DNA of 56,369 bases, taken from the IMG/VR virus record IMGVR_UViG_3300027573_000035, positions 1-56,369 of that record; one strand, given 5' to 3'. The translations under genes and the position numbers were made by a program. Below, one piece after another: positions 19,675 to 28,714 of this stretch. The stretch's first letter is position 1; each line of letters opens with the position of its first letter. This DNA is from a virus (taxonomy: Duplodnaviria; Caudoviricetes). The notes under the pieces are model-generated. The model saw only the letters and a list, made by a program, of their open reading frames with translations. It was not told the origin of the DNA and did not search any database.

Positions 19675-20377
19675 ATGAAAAAAGGAATTTTAATCATTGC
19701 ATGTGGTCATCAATATTATGGAAAGATGGCAGCAGCATTGGCAGCATCAATCAGGTTGAAAAGTGACATTGCAATCCATCTTGCATATGCAGGTAATGCA
19801 TTGACACTTTTAAAGGATAATGAATTGAATGTTGTGGTTGAAATTATCACCTGATGAACTGATGAATGAACTGTCTGCACATGATATCACCTTTCCAAAT
19901 CATGGTGTGAATGAAACCATGTGGGCAAAAAGTGGTGAAATAAAAGCAGCATATGGTGAAGGAAAATATTATTCCATCCATTCTGAATTGATATACTTCA
20001 AAAAAAATGATAAGGTGAAAAGGTGGTTTGATACTGCAAAAGAAGTGTATGATAATTTGAAGGTGTCACACAAGGTCTTTGCAGGTGCCATCCCTGATGA
20101 ACTGCCATTTTCCATTGCAGGTGCCTTAACTGAAACTTATCCACATGAAGACAATTATAAACCTGTTTACTGGGGTCACATTGAAAAGAAACACAAACAG
20201 ATTTATCAGATTGCCACTGAATATTGGGCATTTTCCATGGGCGGCAATGTAAACACAAATAAGGAAAAAATCATTTATGATATCTTGTCAGAAATGACAT
20301 ACAAAAAATTGGGTTTGCAAGGTTTCCACAAGTGGACAGAAAAAAGAAATTTTTTAAAAGAAAGGAAAAACGTTTGA
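19675..20377 (+). pseudogene. glycosyltransferase-like (GT-A) gene disrupted by frameshift or internal deletion
   Basis: MKKGILIIACGHQYYGKMA..LAASIR N-terminus shifts frame at ~19828 into MLWL..HSELIYF..PDE; the DxD region expected between them is absent. Confidence 0.55.
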
Positions 20378-20380
20378 ATC

Positions 20381-22348
20381 ATGCCAACAATTATTAATCC
20401 TGCTGATTTAAAAGCAAGGTTTTCCGGTTTTAAGCTTTCCATTGTTTATCAGGAAGCAGTGGAACTATATACACAACTTAAGGTTCATGCTGAAGGTTTG
20501 GTGCCAATAAAACTGATAAAGACGCAAAGACCAAATGAATCTGATGCTGTTCAGAAATACCGTGAAAGTATTTATGAAAGTGAAACACAAAACCCAATTG
20601 AAAAGGTGATTGGTGTGCTTGAAAAGATAAGACGGTCACCTGATTGGATGATGCAGTTCAGTGATGCAATCCCAAAAATCATCAATGAAGATGAAACCCT
20701 TGAAATATATCTTACAAAACGTTATCCTGTTTATGGTGACATTGAATACTGGCTTTTTGAAGAAGTGTTAAGAACCTTATCATTGGATGCAAATGCAGTC
20801 ATTGCTGTCCTGCCAAAAGATTTTGTTGCTGCTGCTGGAACAGAATATTGGCAACCAATCGGTCAAGTTTTCAATTCACCAAATGTCCTTGAATTTGTTC
20901 CTGAAGATTATGCCATCCTGAAAAGTGATGAACTTTCATCACTGCTTTCACCTGAAAGGCAAGTGCAAATCATGTACAATCAACAGGCATTGCAAACCAT
21001 CACTGCACCAACATACACTTTTGCAAAAGGTCAAGTGTATTATTTAATTACAACATCATCATATCAGAAGTGGGAAGAAAATGAAGAAGGAAAATATTTG
21101 CTGACATCAAGCATTGTTCACAATTTGGGAAAACTGCCGGTCTTCCAAGTCCCAGGAAAATTTGTTGCAAGGAAAGGATTGCACACCCTGAAGAAAACAC
21201 CACTGTTCCCAATGGTGCCACATCTTAACAAAGCTGCACGGGAATCAAATGATTTGGATGCAGGTGTCATCATGCATTTGTATTTGGAAAAATGGAGAAT
21301 CAACAACATCCCTTGCAATGATTGCCATGGAACAGGATATGTCACATCTTCATCAGGTGCAGTGCCTTGTTCAATATGTCATGGCACTGGTTATGCCACT
21401 GGGAAAAGTCCTTTCAATGAAATCCTGATAAAACCATCAGCCATTGGTGAAGGCAACATCCCAACACCACCTGTTGGATATGTTGACAAGAATCCTGAAA
21501 TCCTGAAGGTCCAAAATGAAAGGATTCAGCAACATCTTTATAAAGCATTGTCTGCTGTCAATATGGAACACCTTGCTGAAGCAGGGATGAACCAATCAGG
21601 AACAGCCAAGGCATATGACAGGGATGAAGTAAACAATGTCATTTATACCTTTGCAGGCATGTTGGTCAATGTGGCAAATGCAACAGTATATTTCATCAAT
21701 GAATTGAGATATAAAGGCATTGTTCCCAATGATGAACAAAGGCATGATATGTTGCCAATCATCCCTGTTCCTGAAAAATATGATGTTGTATCAACTTCAT
21801 ACTTGTTTCAGGAATACCAGACAGCAAAAACAGCAGGCATCAATGCCATCATACTGACTGAAATGCAAAAAGAAATAGGTGCAAAAAAGTTTTATGCAAA
21901 CCCTGATGTTGCTGACTTCATAAACACTGTCATGAACCTTGACCCGTTCCCTGACAAGACCACTGAAGAAAAAGGACAGATTGAATCACAAGGATTGGCA
22001 AAAAAAGAAGATGTGGTCCTGTCACTTTATATCAATGATTTTGTCAGACGTGCCATGGAAGAAGACCCTGATTTTGCCAAGAAGACTGACATTCAGAAAA
22101 GGGAAATCCTTGAAGGTTATGCTTCAGAAAAGGTGGAAGAATTGGATTCAGCCAATGAAATATCTGAAGATATCATTGATGATGAAATTCCACCTGCACC
22201 TGCTGCTGCACAACCACCTGCTGCTGCAATTCCTGATGGTCTTCCTGCACCTGCACCACCTGCTGCTGAACCTGCACCTGTTCCACCAAAAACAGGACCG
22301 GCAAAGGCACCTGCAAAGGCTGCTGCACCTGTCAATCCTAAACCTTAA
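20381..22348 (+). CDS. portal protein with DnaJ-type zinc-finger insertion
   Basis: 655 aa upstream of the minor head gene; NQSGTAKAYD portal-like motif; CNDCHGTG and CSICHGTG. Confidence 0.8.
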   Translation: MPTIINPADLKARFSGFKLSIVYQEAVELYTQLKVHAEGLVPIKLIKTQRPNESDAVQKYRESIYESETQNPIEKVIGVLEKIRRSPDWMMQFSDAIPKIINEDETLEIYLTKRYPVYGDIEYWLFEEVLRTLSLDANAVIAVLPKDFVAAAGTEYWQPIGQVFNSPNVLEFVPEDYAILKSDELSSLLSPERQVQIMYNQQALQTITAPTYTFAKGQVYYLITTSSYQKWEENEEGKYLLTSSIVHNLGKLPVFQVPGKFVARKGLHTLKKTPLFPMVPHLNKAARESNDLDAGVIMHLYLEKWRINNIPCNDCHGTGYVTSSSGAVPCSICHGTGYATGKSPFNEILIKPSAIGEGNIPTPPVGYVDKNPEILKVQNERIQQHLYKALSAVNMEHLAEAGMNQSGTAKAYDRDEVNNVIYTFAGMLVNVANATVYFINELRYKGIVPNDEQRHDMLPIIPVPEKYDVVSTSYLFQEYQTAKTAGINAIILTEMQKEIGAKKFYANPDVADFINTVMNLDPFPDKTTEEKGQIESQGLAKKEDVVLSLYINDFVRRAMEEDPDFAKKTDIQKREILEGYASEKVEELDSANEISEDIIDDEIPPAPAAAQPPAAAIPDGLPAPAPPAAEPAPVPPKTGPAKAPAKAAAPVNPKP

Positions 22349-22351
22349 GCC

Positions 22352-23302
22352 ATGGCACTGACTTTTGATGAAATATTGATTGCAATTCAGGAAGCAGTTG
22401 ACCGATTGGGCAAGGTAGCTGCTGACAAACAGAATCCTTTATTCAGGGAAGTGATGACCATGCTGAAGCAGTTGGAAACAAAAGGTGACACCATCCTGAA
22501 TAATGTAAACAACCTGAAATTAATAAACAATCTTAAGGCTAAAATTGAAAGGATTGTCATTGATAAAAAATATAAGGCAGAACTGAAGACCTTTGCCAAG
22601 GCATTTGAACAAATTGGTAATATGCAAAACCAATATTTTGCAACCTTCAACACCAAGTTCAAACCAAAGGCAGTCATGAATGTCCTGAAGAAAGATGCCA
22701 TCAAAACAACCCTTACAAACTTAACTGAAGCAGGTCTTCAGGCAGGTGTCACTGATGGTTTAAGAAGGATATTGTTGACCAATGTCACAAGTGGTGGCAG
22801 TTATGCAGCATTGACAGACCAATTAAGAAACCACTTAACAAACAATGCAACTGGTGAAGGTGCCTTGGAACGTTATGTGAAGACATATGCAACCACTGCA
22901 ATCAATCAGTTCAGTGCAGAATACAATAAAAAAATATCATCAGATTTGGGTTTAAAATGGTACATGTACACAGGAAGCCTTATCACAACATCCCGTGATT
23001 TTTGCATTCATGCAACTGAGAAGACGTATATGCATGAAAGTGAATTTCCAACCTTATTGAAAGGCAATATTGATGGACAGCAGGTCCACCTGAATAAGAA
23101 GACAGGACTTCCAGACGGCATGATGGAAGGCACCACACCTGACAACTTTCCAAGAAGAAGGGGTGGATGGAATTGCAGACATCAGTTGATTGCAGTGGAT
23201 GATTTAATTGTTCCAAAAAATGTGAAGGACAGGGTTTATTCAACAAGGGAATTTCAAACATGGTCATTGCAGAACAATGTGCCGGTTGAAAACATGCCAT
23301 AA
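22352..23302 (+). CDS. minor head morphogenesis protein (Mu gpF / SPP1 gp7-like)
   Basis: SRDFC and GGWNCRHQL motifs; follows portal. Confidence 0.8.
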   Translation: MALTFDEILIAIQEAVDRLGKVAADKQNPLFREVMTMLKQLETKGDTILNNVNNLKLINNLKAKIERIVIDKKYKAELKTFAKAFEQIGNMQNQYFATFNTKFKPKAVMNVLKKDAIKTTLTNLTEAGLQAGVTDGLRRILLTNVTSGGSYAALTDQLRNHLTNNATGEGALERYVKTYATTAINQFSAEYNKKISSDLGLKWYMYTGSLITTSRDFCIHATEKTYMHESEFPTLLKGNIDGQQVHLNKKTGLPDGMMEGTTPDNFPRRRGGWNCRHQLIAVDDLIVPKNVKDRVYSTREFQTWSLQNNVPVENMP

Positions 23303-23325
23303 AAAAACCGGCATCAAGTGCCGGT
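23301..23325 (-). terminator. terminator of the antisense cassette block
   Basis: ACCGGCA/TGCCGGT stem; A7 on plus is a U tract on minus. Confidence 0.75.
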
Positions 23326-23526
23326 CAATCCTTTTTCTTTTCTTACAATGTCAATCCTTTTCATCAGGGTTTTGAACCAATTTTGAACAAGCATTTTATC
23401 ATGTCCTGCACGTCTGACCCTGTCAAACATCCAACCAAGATTGGTCAGTTCATCAACTGTCCAATTTCTTATTTCTTCAACTGATGGTGCCTTGTATTTT
23501 GAAGGTTTACTTATCATTTTATTCAC
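23314..23526 (-). CDS. hypothetical protein
   Basis: 70 aa ORF overlapping upstream stop. Confidence 0.6.
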   Translation of the reverse strand: MNKMISKPSKYKAPSVEEIRNWTVDELTNLGWMFDRVRRAGHDKMLVQNWFKTLMKRIDIVRKEKGLTGT

Positions 23527-23725
23527 CTGTTTTTATTGATTTTACAATTGCCCTTGCCATCTTTTCAATTGTTGGATAAATAATCATCTTACCTGAAGCA
23601 GTCAGTTTCATCATCACTTGTCCTTTACTATAAGACCAACCTGCAACTTCATTTGAATATTTTGCACCATTGTTAAGACTTTCAATAACTTCTTTAATTT
23701 CTGCCTGACTGATTGAACATTTCAT
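23519..23725 (-). CDS. hypothetical protein
   Basis: ORF downstream of minus-strand promoter; ATG 23725. Confidence 0.65.
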   Translation of the reverse strand: MKCSISQAEIKEVIESLNNGAKYSNEVAGWSYSKGQVMMKLTASGKMIIYPTIEKMARAIVKSIKTGE

Positions 23726-23748
23726 GATTGATTGTGTTTTATAAGACA

Positions 23749-23790
23749 CAAAAATAATGGTTTCTTTTTACTGTCCAAATAAATCTTGAC
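23749..23790 (-). promoter_or_regulatory. promoter with 18-bp operator
   Basis: Minus strand GTCAAGATTTATTTGGAC; TTTG-N19-TATTTTTG. Confidence 0.75.
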
Positions 23791-23798
23791 AGATTGAC

Positions 23799-23824
23799 AA
23801 AAAAAAACCGGCATTCCTGCCGGT
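23799..23824 (-). terminator. intrinsic terminator (ACCGGCA family)
   Basis: ACCGGCA-GGAA-TGCCGGT plus U tract on minus. Confidence 0.8.
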
Positions 23825-23844
23825 CATTAAACAATGGTTGTTTA

Positions 23845-24051
23845 TTATTCATCATCAACCACCTTGAACAGTGGTTGATTTTTGTTTGAAATTTCATACA
23901 CATAAACACCTGCCGGAAAATCTTCAGTTGATGTGGTCACAACTTTTGCAATCAAATCAAGTCCTTCATGCTTGAAAGGTTTGTTGATGATGGTTTGACG
24001 TGAATTGATTTTCAATAATTCAGCTAACTTTTTTCTGTTGATTGTTTTCAT
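23845..24051 (-). CDS. hypothetical protein
   Basis: 68 aa ORF with TAAAACCAAAAA leader. Confidence 0.7.
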   Translation of the reverse strand: MKTINRKKLAELLKINSRQTIINKPFKHEGLDLIAKVVTTSTEDFPAGVYVYEISNKNQPLFKVVDDE

Positions 24052-24052
24052 T

Positions 24053-24371
24053 TTTTTGGTTTTAAGTGGACCGGCACTTTCTGCCGGTCCTGTTTTTTTA
24101 TTGATATTTCAAATCTTTTATTGATTCAGCTTCATACTTTTTTAAAACAGTGAAGGCTTTATCAAAGGTCTTGAAAGGTGTTCCTTCCCAACTGTTATAT
24201 CCTTTTGTCGTTTGGAATCCCCAAAAACCATTGTCATCTTGTTCAATGGTAGCAATTTCATTCAATGAAGCTTCAAGTTCAATCCTGATGGTGGTGGTTA
24301 AAAATTTCATTTTATTGGTTTTAATTTTTGGTTTTAAGTGGACCGGCATTCCTGCCGGTCCTGTTTTTTTA
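24053..24371 (-). repeat. ~47-bp intergenic direct repeat with hairpin (24053-24100, 24325-24371)
   Basis: TTTTTGGTTTTAAGTGGACCGGCA-loop-TGCCGGTCCTGTTTTTT twice, differing essentially only in the loop. Confidence 0.9.
24098..24310 (-). CDS. hypothetical protein
   Basis: ATG 24310 directly after TAAAACCAATAAA leader. Confidence 0.7.
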   Translation of the reverse strand: MKFLTTTIRIELEASLNEIATIEQDDNGFWGFQTTKGYNSWEGTPFKTFDKAFTVLKKYEAESIKDLKYQ

Positions 24372-24569
24372 AACAATTGGAATCCATAATTTTTTATCAA
24401 GATACTTTTGAACTGAAGTCAATGCTTCCCGATATTCCTGACCACCTTCTTTTTTAGTTACAAATAAACTTTTATCTGTAATCCTTACAACAATATCAAT
24501 TCCTGATGCTTGACCATTACCATAAAAAGTTTCAAATTTCTGTCCAACCTTAACTTCAGTGCTTTTCAT
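24369..24569 (-). CDS. hypothetical protein (SH3-like beta pattern)
   Basis: VKVGQKF...VVRITDKSLFV; ATG 24569. Confidence 0.65.
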   Translation of the reverse strand: MKSTEVKVGQKFETFYGNGQASGIDIVVRITDKSLFVTKKEGGQEYREALTSVQKYLDKKLWIPIV

Positions 24570-24589
24570 ATATTTTTTGTTTTGTTCCA

Positions 24590-24632
24590 CAAAACAAAGC
24601 CTTTTTTCAATACAGTCCAAATTTATTTTGAC
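24590..24632 (-). promoter_or_regulatory. promoter with 18-bp operator
   Basis: Minus strand GTCAAAATAAATTTGGAC, identical to the 3065 copy; TTGTTTTG variant -7 box. Confidence 0.7.
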
Positions 24633-24679
24633 AATTTGGAAAGTTTTTTTTCAGTGCCGGTCAAAACAGGACCAATCCA

Positions 24680-24880
24680 TCAGCCTGTTCCAAATACCTT
24701 TTCCTTCAAATCTTTCCATTCCCTTATAATACGGTAATACACTTCTGGTCTTTTCAGGACCAATCCATCATTAAATTCCAATCTGATTTGTTCTTCCTTA
24801 ACAATCCTGCTGATGTCTGATGGCAGGTTCCTTAGCATGCTTGAACAGGCTTTATTATGTTGATTGTTAGATTCTTGCAT
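24680..24880 (-). CDS. putative ribbon-helix-helix regulator
   Basis: MLRNLPSDISRIV...EVYYRIIREW pattern; divergent from head genes. Confidence 0.5.
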   Translation of the reverse strand: MQESNNQHNKACSSMLRNLPSDISRIVKEEQIRLEFNDGLVLKRPEVYYRIIREWKDLKEKVFGTG

Positions 24881-25001
24881 AAATTCAGAATTAAGGTTTG
24901 TTTCAAATGTTGCAAATGTAGCATCATTCACAAGGCACTTCCAACTTATTCTTGACACTTTTGTTTCAGCATAAAGATTATAATACTAAAAAGGAAGATT
25001 T

Positions 25002-25388
25002 ATGGCAAAGGTCTTGGTTGTCACTGATTATGGTGGTTGGCTGCACATTGTGCCGGTCAACAATAAGAATTGGCATTTGGAAAGGAACAAGGTCATCAAG
25101 GACAAGCAATACAGGCTGAAGGAAATGGAAGAAGAAGAAGCAAATAAGTTTTATGATGATAACAATGGTGCCGACCCGTCATTTGTTTCACCTAAAAAAG
25201 CAAATCAAATGATTGCTTCCAAGGATGATGAAATCAAACAGTTGAAGGAACAGCTTGCAATGACCAATGGTGTCAGTGGACAAAAAAAGTCAGGTCATGT
25301 CATAAAGGAATCACCACTTGAAGCCAATGGTGATGCAGGACCGGCAGTAAAAGCCAATCAATTAAAAGGCAGTATTATAAATCAATAA
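25002..25388 (+). CDS. hypothetical protein in head module
   Basis: 128 aa ORF upstream of scaffold. Confidence 0.7.
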   Translation: MAKVLVVTDYGGWLHIVPVNNKNWHLERNKVIKDKQYRLKEMEEEEANKFYDDNNGADPSFVSPKKANQMIASKDDEIKQLKEQLAMTNGVSGQKKSGHVIKESPLEANGDAGPAVKANQLKGSIINQ

Positions 25389-25390
25389 AG

Positions 25391-25463
25391 TTTTTGGTGA
25401 TTCTCATTTATATGGTTGAAGTATTACATTATCAATGGTCTGATGTTTCCACATTGGACCTTC
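25391..25463 (+). ncRNA. candidate anti-leader small RNA B
   Basis: TGATTCTCATTT complementary to start region 53906-53917; hairpin GGTCTGAT-GT-TTCC-AC-ATTGGACC. Confidence 0.5.
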
Positions 25464-25483
25464 AATAAAAAATAATTTTTGTT

Positions 25484-26404
25484 ATGCCTGCACAATTTGG
25501 AAACCTGATAAAAAGTCTTGCAACAAAGGCAGGGTTGAAATCTGATGATGACACCATTAAAAAGATTTTGGCAATTGCTGATGTTTCCACATTGGAAATT
25601 CCTGATGAATTTAATCAGGCACTTGAAACCAACCTTTTGACAGAACAATCTGCTGCTGCAAATACCAATGTCAGAAGCAGACTGTTTGCTGAAGCTTTAA
25701 ATGGTGTTGATGTTGAACTTGAAAAATTTATTCCTGATTATGAATTTGATGATACATTCAAGAATGAATGGAAAGCCAACAAAAACACCAATGACAAGAT
25801 AAGAAGGCTGCAATCACAACTGAAGACACAAGTTGATAAAATAAAGGAAGCAGCAAAAACAGGAAAGCATGATGCAAATGCTGAAGCACAAGTGTCTGCT
25901 TTAAAAGGACAAATCACAGACTTAAACAAACAGCAGGAAAATTTGAAACTGCTGCATCAGACTGAATTGGATAATTTAAAAAATCAAAGTTTAGTTGACA
26001 AAAAAAATTATCTGCTTCAGACCAAGCTTGCAGGAAAGCCATTGCCCAAAAACGGTCTGGCACCTGAAATCAATATCTTAACGGCAAAGACCTTGCTTGA
26101 ACAAGACCTTGCAAAAAACAATTTGACCATTTCATTTGATGCCAATGGTCAAGCAATCTTGAAACAAAGGAAAGACGGCAGTGAAATTGACTTTTTTGTT
26201 GATAATAAACTGGTGACTTTTGATGGTTTCATTGATGGTGTATTAGCACAAAACAAATTCGTTCAAATTAATGATTCGCAATCCCAACAAGGACCGAATA
26301 AAACGAACTTTCAGCAACCACCACCATCAACACAACATCCATCAAATGCTTCAGTTGTTGCAGATATAGATGCACAACTTATTGAATTAGGTGTGCAGGT
26401 GTGA
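25484..26404 (+). CDS. capsid scaffolding protein (putative)
   Basis: Coiled-coil 306 aa immediately upstream of MCP; Gln/Pro linker and short C-terminal helix. Confidence 0.7.
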   Translation: MPAQFGNLIKSLATKAGLKSDDDTIKKILAIADVSTLEIPDEFNQALETNLLTEQSAAANTNVRSRLFAEALNGVDVELEKFIPDYEFDDTFKNEWKANKNTNDKIRRLQSQLKTQVDKIKEAAKTGKHDANAEAQVSALKGQITDLNKQQENLKLLHQTELDNLKNQSLVDKKNYLLQTKLAGKPLPKNGLAPEINILTAKTLLEQDLAKNNLTISFDANGQAILKQRKDGSEIDFFVDNKLVTFDGFIDGVLAQNKFVQINDSQSQQGPNKTNFQQPPPSTQHPSNASVVADIDAQLIELGVQV

Positions 26405-26453
26405 AGGTGTAAAGTGTTTGCAAAAATGCTTTTTTTAAAAACACCTTATTGTT

Positions 26454-27581
26454 ATGCCAAACGGTTTTGTCGCTGGTTTAGTTCTTACCAGCAAGCAAGT
26501 TTTTCAGGGTGCAAATCCATCTGAAAAAATTACACCACCAGGTTATCTAAAATATTTATTGTCAAACGGGATGCCCAATGTCATCAGCAATGGCATTGCA
26601 GATGGTTCCGGTCATATTCGTGATGTAATAATCAAATACAGACCAAGGACAATCCCAGGGATGTCACATACTGAAGATGATTGTTCAGTGCAGGCATCAC
26701 CTGTTTACAAGGAAATGTCAATTCCTGCATTGATGTTCAGGAAGTATGGTGTTTTCATTGATTATGCAACTATTTCACGTTATGAAAAGGAAGCATCTGT
26801 CACAGTGATGGCAGGAAGACCGGCACCACCACAAGGAATCCTGATGGAAATTTATAATGCAGTTGTTGAAAGTGCAAATGGTTTGTTTGCTGACATCAAC
26901 AATGATTTGCTGACATTACAAGCAGCAGCATTTGGTAAAAACCAAACAACCGGCAACAACACTGCAAAGACCATCAACTTTCCATTATCCACTGCAACCA
27001 ATCCACTGACACAAGGATTGACCATGCTTGCAACAGATGTGATGGCAAATGAAATCAAACCACTTAATTACACCATTGTTGGTGATGGTTTGATAAATGC
27101 TGCTTATACGCAAATGCGTTATAATACGCAAAACACCACACAACAAAATTATCCTTCAACTGTTCCAAACTTTTTTTATGACCCTTACACAACAGTAAAG
27201 TTTGGTGCAAATCAATTTGGTGTCTTTGAAAAAGATGCTGTTCAATTGGTGAACATCAACAAGTTTGCAGGGTTTGTTGGTGGTGATAAAATGTCCACAT
27301 TCTTATTCACCATGAAGCTTCCTGTTGTTGACAGTGCAGGTGACACAACACTTCAGGCATTCACCTTTGATGCACAATTGCGGCATATTGATTGCCCAAC
27401 AGAAATTGCCATTGGCACTGATGCTGGTGGATATCCTGCACTGCAATCAGTTGGGCGTGGTTGGGTGTTGGATTTGATGGCAAATTATACACAAGTAAAC
27501 ATTGCAAATGATGCATACTTGGATGCAGACAGGTTGACCGGCAATAACGGCACTTTGCGTTATACTGCAACCAATGCATAA
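26454..27581 (+). CDS. major capsid protein (putative)
   Basis: 375 aa between scaffold and neck genes; C-terminal DRLTGNNGTLRY; called from synteny and size. Confidence 0.75.
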   Translation: MPNGFVAGLVLTSKQVFQGANPSEKITPPGYLKYLLSNGMPNVISNGIADGSGHIRDVIIKYRPRTIPGMSHTEDDCSVQASPVYKEMSIPALMFRKYGVFIDYATISRYEKEASVTVMAGRPAPPQGILMEIYNAVVESANGLFADINNDLLTLQAAAFGKNQTTGNNTAKTINFPLSTATNPLTQGLTMLATDVMANEIKPLNYTIVGDGLINAAYTQMRYNTQNTTQQNYPSTVPNFFYDPYTTVKFGANQFGVFEKDAVQLVNINKFAGFVGGDKMSTFLFTMKLPVVDSAGDTTLQAFTFDAQLRHIDCPTEIAIGTDAGGYPALQSVGRGWVLDLMANYTQVNIANDAYLDADRLTGNNGTLRYTATNA

Positions 27582-27593
27582 AAACTTTTTTTA

Positions 27594-28121
27594 ATGGATT
27601 GTTTTCTTAATTATATCGGAATTTTTGCACCAGGTGTCAGTGTTCCACCTGCACCACCAACACCTGCTGCCTTTTCCGGTCTTTATATCAATAAAGATTT
27701 ACCAATTTCTATTCAGGAAATTGATGCATTTGCAGATGCAGAACAGGAAACATTGTGGACTGTCTGGGATGAAGTGCAAAAACGTGGAATCAAAAAGTTT
27801 GTGAATAAAGTGCAGGCATCTTACCGTGAATTATTTGGAACATGTTTCATTGACAGTGATTGGTTTTGTGATAATAAGGAAGCACTTGCATTGCCTTTGC
27901 TTTATTTTTTAGGAATGGAATTGATGATTGAAAAAATTTATACAACAAGAATAAACAGATATACAAGGGCATTTGATTCAGCAAGGGCCAGAGAAATGCG
28001 GGAAGAATTTACAAATGAATTTTACAATCACCTGAAGGATTCACTGATGAACATTGGACAGACTGAAGATAAAGGTTGTGCTGCTGATGGCATCTTCATT
28101 TATTATGAATCAACACCATGA
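27594..28121 (+). CDS. head-tail adaptor (putative)
   Basis: Directly after MCP; helical, 175 aa. Confidence 0.55.
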   Translation: MDCFLNYIGIFAPGVSVPPAPPTPAAFSGLYINKDLPISIQEIDAFADAEQETLWTVWDEVQKRGIKKFVNKVQASYRELFGTCFIDSDWFCDNKEALALPLLYFLGMELMIEKIYTTRINRYTRAFDSARAREMREEFTNEFYNHLKDSLMNIGQTEDKGCAADGIFIYYESTP

Positions 28122-28714
28122 ACATTGAAGTCACATCCAATTTGACTGAAGTAAGTGACAGGATAAAAAAGCACTTTCAGGACATTGCAAATGTTGATAT
28201 AGTTGCAAGGTTGATTGCAACAACAATTCTTGGAATGATGAAAGTCAGGATTCACAAGAATGGACTTGCTTCAGATGGTGCAAGGATTGGAACATATTCA
28301 AAAGGTTATATGAAAGTTAGGACAGGTGATTTTGGCAACAGTGCAAGGGTCAGCAGGGGTCCAAATAAAGGCAAGGCAAAAAATGCAGGCACCTTCACTG
28401 AAAGGACAATCAAATTGAACAAGCAGACAGGAACATTTTCAGGTGAAGAAAAGGTTGGAAAGGAAAGACCAAAATACAACAGGACCAATGACCCGAAAGT
28501 GATTATTTCTTTAACATCTGCATTGGAAAATGATGAACATGTCATCCATCTTGGTTTGGGCAATTATGGAATAGGTTTTTTAAACAATGACAACTTCAAG
28601 AAATCACAATGGGTTGAAGAAACATATGCAAAAAGGATTTTTGGAACAAGTCAGGCTGAAAGGGATGCAATTGATGGATTAATTCAAAAACACATACAAG
28701 ATGCCTTTTCTTGA
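28118..28714 (+). CDS. neck / tail completion protein (putative)
   Basis: Basic protein with RIH..G..IGTYS..Y and IFG motifs; synteny. Confidence 0.6.
   Translation: MNIEVTSNLTEVSDRIKKHFQDIANVDIVARLIATTILGMMKVRIHKNGLASDGARIGTYSKGYMKVRTGDFGNSARVSRGPNKGKAKNAGTFTERTIKLNKQTGTFSGEEKVGKERPKYNRTNDPKVIISLTSALENDEHVIHLGLGNYGIGFLNNDNFKKSQWVEETYAKRIFGTSQAERDAIDGLIQKHIQDAFS

Noticed and set aside
15290-20335. Extra GTTTCCAC copies at ~15297(-) and ~20322(+)
   Set aside because: Inside CDS with no supporting stem; treated as chance.
23301-24632. CRISPR array or integron attC array
   Set aside because: Repeats are few, separated by whole genes, lack attC GTTRRRY boxes, and no cas or integrase gene is present.
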